This document shows, piece by piece, positions 58,174 through 64,000 of a stretch of DNA of 64,000 nucleotides; the stretch's first letter is position 1; every line of letters starts with the position of its first letter. The stretch spans positions 4,925 to 68,924 of the forward strand of contig JAABSL010000111.1 of assembly GCA_011390415.1 (NCBI GenBank), given 5' to 3'. The notes beneath the pieces were generated by a model, which saw only the letters and a list, made by a program, of their open reading frames with translations, had not been told where the DNA came from and did no database searches. Source of the stretch: Desulfobacteraceae bacterium. Lineage in GTDB: Bacteria > Desulfobacterota > Desulfobacteria > Desulfobacterales > Desulfosalsimonadaceae. Made by a program: the position numbers and the translations under genes.

Positions 58174-58902
58174 ATGAATATGTCGATGATCCAATGGGAA
58201 AAAGATGAAACCGTTGCCCTGATAAAATTAAATAACGGCGAAAACAGACAAAATCTCGAATTTGGCCAGCGCCTGAACCAGGTTCTTGATGAGATCATAG
58301 AAGATAAAGAGATTACCGCCGCCATCATCACTTCAACAGATCAAAAGTGCTGGTCCCTGGGGGTTGATATCGACTGGCTGGGAAAACAATTCACGGAACA
58401 AAACTTCGACAATATCAAAAAGTTTATGTATGAAATGAATGCGGTTTTCAAGAAACTGCTTCTGCTGCCCGTGCCGGTCATCGCCGCCATTAATGGTCAT
58501 GCGTTCGGTAATGGCGCAATTTTATCCTGTGCCTGTGATTTCCGGTTCATGAAAGCCGATCGCGGCTATTTCTGCTTCCCGGAAGTGGATTTGGGAATCC
58601 CCTTTTTGCCGGGAATGATCGCCTTTGTTCGAAAAGCCGTTCCCGAATATAAATTCAATGAACTAAAACTCACCGGCAAAAGAATAAATGCGGTTGAACT
58701 GGCCGAACACCACGTGATTGAAAAAGCATGCGCGGATGCCGATGCACTGCTGGCTGAGTCACTGGCGTTTGCAAAAACATTTCACAAAAAACGCGGCATA
58801 TTTGCAGAACACAAGAAACGGCTGCACCAACAGATTATCCACGTGATGGATACCCAAGATCCGGCATTTATCGAGCCATTATTCCTGATGGTGCAGGATT
58901 AA
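58174..58902 (+). CDS. Enoyl-CoA hydratase/isomerase (crotonase) family protein
   Basis: AAINGHAFGNGAILSCACDFR oxyanion-hole region. About 240 aa. Confidence 0.85.
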   Translation: MNMSMIQWEKDETVALIKLNNGENRQNLEFGQRLNQVLDEIIEDKEITAAIITSTDQKCWSLGVDIDWLGKQFTEQNFDNIKKFMYEMNAVFKKLLLLPVPVIAAINGHAFGNGAILSCACDFRFMKADRGYFCFPEVDLGIPFLPGMIAFVRKAVPEYKFNELKLTGKRINAVELAEHHVIEKACADADALLAESLAFAKTFHKKRGIFAEHKKRLHQQIIHVMDTQDPAFIEPLFLMVQD

Positions 58903-58909
58903 GGAACTT

Positions 58910-59527
58910 CTAAGAAAACGCGGTGACATTGAAAAATTTAAGGGTATCCTTTGCCGCCCGAATATATTCATCCCGTTCCAGCTGCATCATGGGCCGGAAA
59001 AAATTTTCCCCGGAAACAAAATTGTGAATGGCGTTCATTATGGATAACACCTTCATTTTAACATCTGTGGGGACATTTTTCCGGTCTTCGGAAAGCCCCA
59101 TGGAATAGGCAATGTCCGATATATACTCCGGGACTTTAAAATCCAGAATGCTGCCGTGACGCATCTTGGTAAAATACCGGAACAGGGTCAGATTGGATAT
59201 TTCCGGATTTTCAAACAGATAATCCGCCATCTCATCCAAAGCGATTTCAATCCGTTCTTCCAGGGGCCGGCCTTTGATTATTTTTTCAACCTCAATAAGT
59301 TTCTGCCGCATGCCTTCGGTCACATCCATAATCACGGCTTCGTACAGATCCCCCTTTTCCCCCCAATGATAATACAACGTGGATATATCAATCTTGACCG
59401 CTTTTGCGATCATCCGGGTAGTAGTTCCGTGAAATCCGTATTCACCGAATATTTTTCGGGCGGCAGTCAGAATTTTTGCCTTCATTGAATCCGGGTTCTG
59501 TTTCGCTTTTTCAAGTGATGATGCCAT
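58910..59527 (-). CDS. TetR/AcrR family transcriptional regulator
   Basis: HTH FHGTTTRMIAKAVKIDISTLYYHWGEKGDLY. Confidence 0.85.
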   Translation of the reverse strand: MASSLEKAKQNPDSMKAKILTAARKIFGEYGFHGTTTRMIAKAVKIDISTLYYHWGEKGDLYEAVIMDVTEGMRQKLIEVEKIIKGRPLEERIEIALDEMADYLFENPEISNLTLFRYFTKMRHGSILDFKVPEYISDIAYSMGLSEDRKNVPTDVKMKVLSIMNAIHNFVSGENFFRPMMQLERDEYIRAAKDTLKFFNVTAFS

Positions 59528-59619
59528 GTATGATGCCCTCTAATTTATCTATTGATCCCTGAGCTGAGCATTTCTGATTTTGAAACGTTTCACCCGGGTA
59601 TTTTGACTTTTACTGAAGA

Positions 59620-60768
59620 CTAAAAAACGCCCTGCGCCGCAAATTCTTTTATCTGCGCGTCCGAATAGCCGAATTCTTTGAGAACAGCTGCGGTATTTTC
59701 GCCATATGCCGGCGGCAATGTTCGAACGGAGCCGGGAGTCCGGCTCAATTTGACCGGAGAGCCTAAAAATTTTACCGCCTTTCCCTGCGGATCATCTAAT
59801 TCAACAACCATTTCTCTTTCTTTGAACAAGGGATCTTCCAGGGCCTCGTCCAGATTCCGGACCGGTCCCCAGCAGAAGTCGAGCCCGTCTAAAGCGCTGC
59901 ACCACTCATCCAGGGTCTTTTCTTTAAATTTGGCCCGCATGAACGCAATAATTTCAAGTCTTCTGCCATCATCATACTGGGCCGTAATATATTCCGGTTT
60001 TTGAAAATACTCGCAAATATTTTTCCAGAACCGGTTTTCCACTGCGCCGAGGGACAAATACCGATTGTCTGCGGTTTCATAAGTATTGTAACAGGCGTAT
60101 CGATGGGAAAGGATGGAATCAGACCGTTTCACCGGCTGACCGGTAAATTGTTTGATACTTAAAACCAGTGAAAGCAGGCTCATGGCCCCGTCGGTCATGG
60201 AAATATCAATATACTGCCCTTTTCCGGTCCGGTGCCGGGCATGGAGTGCCATTAATATGCCGATCACGCCATACATTCCGCCCCCGGCAAGGTCCGCGAT
60301 CTGAATTCCGGGAATTGCGGGCGGCCCGTTTTTGTCGCCAATCAAGTCCAGAACACCCGCCACACTCAGGTAATTGACATCATGTCCGGCAGTATCCCGA
60401 TACGGCCCGGTCTGTCCGTAACCGGAAATGGAACAATAGATAATTTCAGGATTGATTTTATTGATTGAATCATAATCCACGCCCAGACGCCGGGTGACCC
60501 CGGGCCGGAACCCTTCGATGATAATATCGGCTTTTTGGGCCATCTTCAAAAAAATCTGACGTCCGGCGTCGGATTTCAGATTCAATGTGATATGTTCTTT
60601 GTTTCGCAGCACGGACGCGTTGATGCCCGCTTCCGCGGCATACCGTTTATCTTCTATGGCAATGACCCGTGCGCCGTGATCCGCCAGAATCATCGAACAA
60701 AAAGGCCCCGGCAGCAACCGGGACAGATCAAGTATTGTTAAACCGCTCAAAGCGCCGTTTTCAGTCAT
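59620..60768 (-). CDS. Family III CoA-transferase fold protein, alpha-methylacyl-CoA racemase (AMACR/MCR)-like
   Basis: LSGLTILDLSRLLPGPFCSMILADHGARVI, AGHDVNYL and IADLAGGGMYGVIGILMAL..R.RTGKGQYID parallel human AMACR and M. tuberculosis MCR, including the catalytic His (GHD) and Asp (ADLAGGG) positions as I recall them. Confidence 0.75.
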   Translation of the reverse strand: MTENGALSGLTILDLSRLLPGPFCSMILADHGARVIAIEDKRYAAEAGINASVLRNKEHITLNLKSDAGRQIFLKMAQKADIIIEGFRPGVTRRLGVDYDSINKINPEIIYCSISGYGQTGPYRDTAGHDVNYLSVAGVLDLIGDKNGPPAIPGIQIADLAGGGMYGVIGILMALHARHRTGKGQYIDISMTDGAMSLLSLVLSIKQFTGQPVKRSDSILSHRYACYNTYETADNRYLSLGAVENRFWKNICEYFQKPEYITAQYDDGRRLEIIAFMRAKFKEKTLDEWCSALDGLDFCWGPVRNLDEALEDPLFKEREMVVELDDPQGKAVKFLGSPVKLSRTPGSVRTLPPAYGENTAAVLKEFGYSDAQIKEFAAQGVF

Positions 60769-60963
60769 ATCGCCTCCGGCAATAATTACTTAAATGTGCA
60801 TAAATAGTCCATCGTTTGATGGAATCAATTGTTGGCAACAACATTATATTTTCAGAACAAACAAGTCAATATTGTTTTTCAATTCCTTATTAATGAATGT
60901 TTTTAAGCATTAACAAGTCTCGAACAGATATTAAAAAAAAAGAACAATGTTCAAAAAAAACTT

Positions 60964-60992
60964 TTGACAGGGCTATAAAAAGCGCTTATCAT
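60964..60992 (+). promoter_or_regulatory. Sigma-70-like promoter for the MFE-2-like gene
   Basis: TTGACA (60964-60969), a 17-nt spacer, then TATCAT (60987-60992). It would give a ~210-nt leader. Alternative weaker candidates lie nearer the gene. Confidence 0.3.
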
Positions 60993-61207
60993 TTTCCCCA
61001 TCATTTGTTGGAACAAATTGATTAGAATAAAAGATGAATAAAATACATCAACCAATTAACGCCACAATCATCTTTAAGACCTGATGTTTCCGGCAACCAT
61101 TCGTTCTTAAGCACCTTAAGCACCTATGATAAATTTACAATTTATCCTCAACCATATATTTTTAAATCGATTCCAAACTTTAAATTATCAGACAAGGAGG
61201 AGTAAAA

Positions 61208-63325
61208 ATGGCTCTTAACCTGGATTCCATCGGTAAAAAACTGGGCCCGGTCTCCAAAGACTACAACTGGAAAGATGTGGTGTTGTATGCTTTGGGCGTT
61301 GGCGCCGGTTTTTCTGACCTGGATTATTGTTATGAGAAAAATTTAAAGGTGATCCCCACTTTTTCCATTGCCGCTATCTTTGATTTTCTGTCCCATTATG
61401 CCGCAAATGCCAATATCAATCTGGCCGGCATTTTACACGGGGAACAGGACCTGATTTTCCACCAGCCCATTCCGGTGGAAGGGACCTTAACCACCAAGGG
61501 CCAGATTACCCGCATTTATGATAAAGGTGAAAAAAGAGGCGCCCTGGTGGTCGGTGAAAGCGATACCTGGCACTCCAACGGGAAAAAACTGTTTACCAGC
61601 GTCATGACTCTATTCTCCCGGTTTGACGGCGGATTCGGCGGCGAAAACGCACCTAAGGAAATCTTTGAATTTCCGGACAGAAAACCGGACTTTGAAATCG
61701 AAGAATCCCCGTCCCTGGACCAGCCCCTGCTCTACAGACTCTCCGGCGATGTGTTCGCCCTGCATGTGGATTCCGAATTTGCCGAAATGGCGGGGTTTGA
61801 AAAACCGATCATGCATGGCTTATGCACTTACGGGTATTCGTGCAGGGCATTGATGAATTCTCTGACACCCGGGGAACCGGAAAAAGTCCGGCGGTTAAAA
61901 TGCCGGTTTTCACGGCCCCTGTATCCGGGGGATCCCATTAAAATCCAGATCTGGAAAACCGATGACCATAAAGCCGTCTGGAAAACAATCAATTCAAAAA
62001 CCGGAGAAGAAGTCATTACCAACGGTATTTTTGAATTCGGCGACATCCCGAAAAAAGAAATCCGGTTTGATGACCAGGTAGCCGTTATTACGGGAGCCGG
62101 CGGGGGTCTGGGAAAAGTTTACGCCCTTGAGCTGGCAAAACGCGGCGCAAAAGTGGTGGTAAACGACCTGGGCGGATCCAGAGACGGCTCCGGCGGCGGA
62201 TCCTCGACCCCTGCTGAAAAAGTGGTGGATGAAATCAACGCATTGGGAGGAGAGGCGATTGCCAATTATGACAATGTCGCCACTGCCGAAGGCGGTGAAA
62301 ACATCATCAAATCCGCAGTTGATGCATTCGGGAAAGTCGACATACTGATCAACAATGCCGGCATTTTAAGGGATAAAAGCTTTATCAAAATGGAACCTGA
62401 AAACTGGAAAGCAGTTTTGGATGTTCATTTAAACGGGGCATATCATGTTTCCCGGCCGGCGTTTAAAGTGATGCGGGAAAACGGGTTCGGCAGAATTGTC
62501 ATGACCACCTCGGCTGCCGGTTTATACGGCAATTTCGGGCAGACCAACTACTCATCGGCAAAAATGGGGCTGGTTGGATTGATGAACACCCTGAAACTGG
62601 AAGGCAAAAAATATAATATTAAAGTCAATACCGTTGCCCCCATTGCCGCCTCCCGGCTCACGGAAGATGTGCTGCCGCCGGAGCTTTTTGATAAAATGAA
62701 ACCGGAATTTGTCTCACCCCTGGTCCTTTTCCTCTGTTCAAAAGAATGCGAAGAAACCGGCAACGTCTATAACGCCGGCATGGGATTTTTCAACCGGGCG
62801 GCCGTGGTGACCGGCACCGGCACAACCATCGGCGACGGCGAAAATCCGCCGGACATTGAAGATATTATTGACAACTTTGACACCATTGCCTCCCTGAAAA
62901 ACGGAAAAGTATATTTTGAATTAAATGAACAGGTAGGTGATGCCATGAATGCCTTTAATGCACCGGCGCCGGCTGAAGGTGCCGCAGATGACGCAAAAAA
63001 ATTATCCTCTGTTGCCGCCATTTTTGATGCCATGCCCGAAGCGTTTAATGCGGATGCGGCAAAGGATACGGATGTTGTTTTCCAATACAAGATCACAGGA
63101 CCCGGCGGGGGGGACTGGTATTGCATCATCAAAGACGGCACCTGTGAAATCAATACCGGTATTACCGAAAAACCCACCTGCACCCTGATTATGGCAGACA
63201 GCGATTTTGTTGACATGATCAACGGCGTTTTACCGGCCATGCAGGCCTATACGTCCGGCAAATTGAAAATCGAGGGAGATATTATGAAATCCCAGCTCAT
63301 TGAAAAACTGTTTAAATTAAAATGA
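61208..63325 (+). CDS. Multifunctional beta-oxidation protein: double hot-dog (R)-specific enoyl-CoA hydratase 2 + SDR (3R)-hydroxyacyl-CoA dehydrogenase + SCP2 domain (permuted MFE-2/HSD17B4-like)
   Basis: AAGGAGG RBS. The N-terminus has DVVLYALGVGAG and LLYRLSGDVFALHVDSEFAEMAGFEKPIMHGLCTYG (MaoC hydratase 2). The middle has VAVITGAGGGLGK...NNAGILRD...YSSAK (SDR, very similar to the human HSD17B4 N-domain). The C-terminus has FQYKITGPGGGDWYCIIKDG...AYTSGKLKIEGDIMKSQ (SCP2). Confidence 0.9.
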   Translation: MALNLDSIGKKLGPVSKDYNWKDVVLYALGVGAGFSDLDYCYEKNLKVIPTFSIAAIFDFLSHYAANANINLAGILHGEQDLIFHQPIPVEGTLTTKGQITRIYDKGEKRGALVVGESDTWHSNGKKLFTSVMTLFSRFDGGFGGENAPKEIFEFPDRKPDFEIEESPSLDQPLLYRLSGDVFALHVDSEFAEMAGFEKPIMHGLCTYGYSCRALMNSLTPGEPEKVRRLKCRFSRPLYPGDPIKIQIWKTDDHKAVWKTINSKTGEEVITNGIFEFGDIPKKEIRFDDQVAVITGAGGGLGKVYALELAKRGAKVVVNDLGGSRDGSGGGSSTPAEKVVDEINALGGEAIANYDNVATAEGGENIIKSAVDAFGKVDILINNAGILRDKSFIKMEPENWKAVLDVHLNGAYHVSRPAFKVMRENGFGRIVMTTSAAGLYGNFGQTNYSSAKMGLVGLMNTLKLEGKKYNIKVNTVAPIAASRLTEDVLPPELFDKMKPEFVSPLVLFLCSKECEETGNVYNAGMGFFNRAAVVTGTGTTIGDGENPPDIEDIIDNFDTIASLKNGKVYFELNEQVGDAMNAFNAPAPAEGAADDAKKLSSVAAIFDAMPEAFNADAAKDTDVVFQYKITGPGGGDWYCIIKDGTCEINTGITEKPTCTLIMADSDFVDMINGVLPAMQAYTSGKLKIEGDIMKSQLIEKLFKLK

Positions 63326-63422
63326 AGACAGCAGGTGAAAAGCAAAAGACAGAAGGCTTATCCCCATAGCCTTTAATCTTATGGCCTAAACATATTCGAC
63401 CACAAACATAGAGGAGAAGAAA

Positions 63423-64000
63423 ATGATTGGAATAACATCTTACGGTGCCTATATCCCCCGATTAAGATTAAACCGGATGTCGATATTTCAAAGTATGGGA
63501 TGGTTTGCGCCTGCCATCATCATGGTGGCCCAGGGAGAGCGTTCCATGTGTTACTGGGATGAAGACGCCATAACAATGGCGGTTGCCGCCGCCCGGAATT
63601 GCCTGGAAGATAGCGACAAACAGGAAATGGAAGGTCTTTTTCTCGCTTCCACCACCCTGCCCTTTGCCGACCGCCAGAACGCCGGCATTGTGTCCACGGC
63701 CCTGAACCTGCCGCACAATATCATGACGTCTGATTTTACCGCCTCCCAGAAAGCATCGACCAATGCCCTGCTCGCCGCCATCGATTCCGTCAAGGGCGGA
63801 GAGCGGAAAAACATCCTGGTTGCTGCGGCGGACAAGCGGGAAACCAAGCCCGCCTATTTTTATGAAATGTGGTTCGGGGACGGGGCGGCCGCTTTTGCCA
63901 TTGGCGACACGGATGTAATTGCCGAATTCAAAGGTTCTTATTCCGTATCGTATGATTTTGTGGATCATTACCGGGGGGCGCTGAAAAAATTTGATTATAC
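63423..64000 (+). CDS. HMG-CoA synthase-like / thiolase-superfamily protein, 3' end outside the window
   Basis: Not in the ORF track because it has no stop in the window. GAGGAG RBS 6 nt before ATG 63423. My translation reads MIGITSYGAYIPRLRLNR...WDEDAITMAVAAA...GLFLASTT...VAAADKRE...GDGAAAF, typical of the archaeal/bacterial HMGCS-like family. Confidence 0.75.
   Translation, partial: MIGITSYGAYIPRLRLNRMSIFQSMGWFAPAIIMVAQGERSMCYWDEDAITMAVAAARNCLEDSDKQEMEGLFLASTTLPFADRQNAGIVSTALNLPHNIMTSDFTASQKASTNALLAAIDSVKGGERKNILVAAADKRETKPAYFYEMWFGDGAAAFAIGDTDVIAEFKGSYSVSYDFVDHYRGALKKFDY

Noticed and set aside
63468-63968. A 166-aa minus-strand ORF at the window end.
   Set aside because: It is antisense to the RBS-preceded HMGCS-like ORF (63423->), whose translation carries clear family motifs. 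The minus-strand product is G/R-rich nonsense.
1-64000. CRISPR arrays, transposases/IS elements, prophage genes, toxin-antitoxin pairs, and selenocysteine or frameshift-split genes.
   Set aside because: No spaced direct-repeat arrays and no DDE or integrase-like translations were seen. No adjacent same-frame ORF pairs were separated by a single TGA. The only frame anomaly is the orphan gene at 48996-50037, reported separately.

Overview
This is a 64-kb chromosomal window with about 60 protein genes and one tRNA. I see no rRNA, CRISPR array, transposase or integrase. All product calls come from reading motifs in the supplied translations; no searches were run. Gene content and the moderately AT-rich composition suggest a Desulfobacterota (deltaproteobacterial, sulfate-reducer-like) genome, but that is inference only. 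Layout: (1) 1-7.6 kb holds an AmmeMemoRadiSam operon (Memo-AMMECR1 fusion, membrane spermidine-synthase-like protein, Tat-signal radical SAM enzyme), a 3D-domain lipoprotein, a second radical SAM gene and an S1-domain protein. (2) 8.0-22.0 kb, all on the minus strand, is a complete methylmalonyl-CoA pathway block: sdhCAB, sucCD, 5S-BCCP and 12S transcarboxylase subunits, MeaB, B12 mutase and epimerase, headed by a TetR gene. (3) 22-34 kb holds an orphan GAF-GspE ATPase, ABC-F, a sigma-54 activator, pyrBC, lepB, a DUF39 homocysteine gene and an M23 peptidase. (4) 34-44.3 kb is a conserved kdsA-kdsC-lptCAB-rpoN-hpf-ptsN-rapZ-EIIA(Man)-rimI-gap-tpiA-secG-tRNA-Leu(GAG) run. (5) 44.3-54.6 kb is the least ordinary stretch: a PilZ-glutaredoxin-GCL-like-AsnB operon, a bacterial cereblon/CULT-domain protein, an AT-rich orphan secreted-protein gene, and a mitochondrial/spd-like EF-G paralogue followed by a small RecA-like ATPase and an outer-membrane-like protein. 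(6) 54.8-57.6 kb is a NIL-ferredoxin-mnmA-mtaB sulfur-transfer operon. (7) 57.7-64 kb is a lipid/branched-acyl-CoA module: MerR, enoyl-CoA hydratase, TetR, an AMACR-like racemase, a domain-permuted MFE-2-like hydratase-dehydrogenase-SCP2 protein and an HMG-CoA-synthase-like gene cut by the window end. The best candidates for undescribed biology are the GCL-like/AsnB/Grx/PilZ operon (possible new low-molecular-weight thiol or amide route), the CULT protein, the AmmeMemoRadiSam operon with an embedded polyamine-synthase-like membrane gene, and the peroxisome-like beta-oxidation module.
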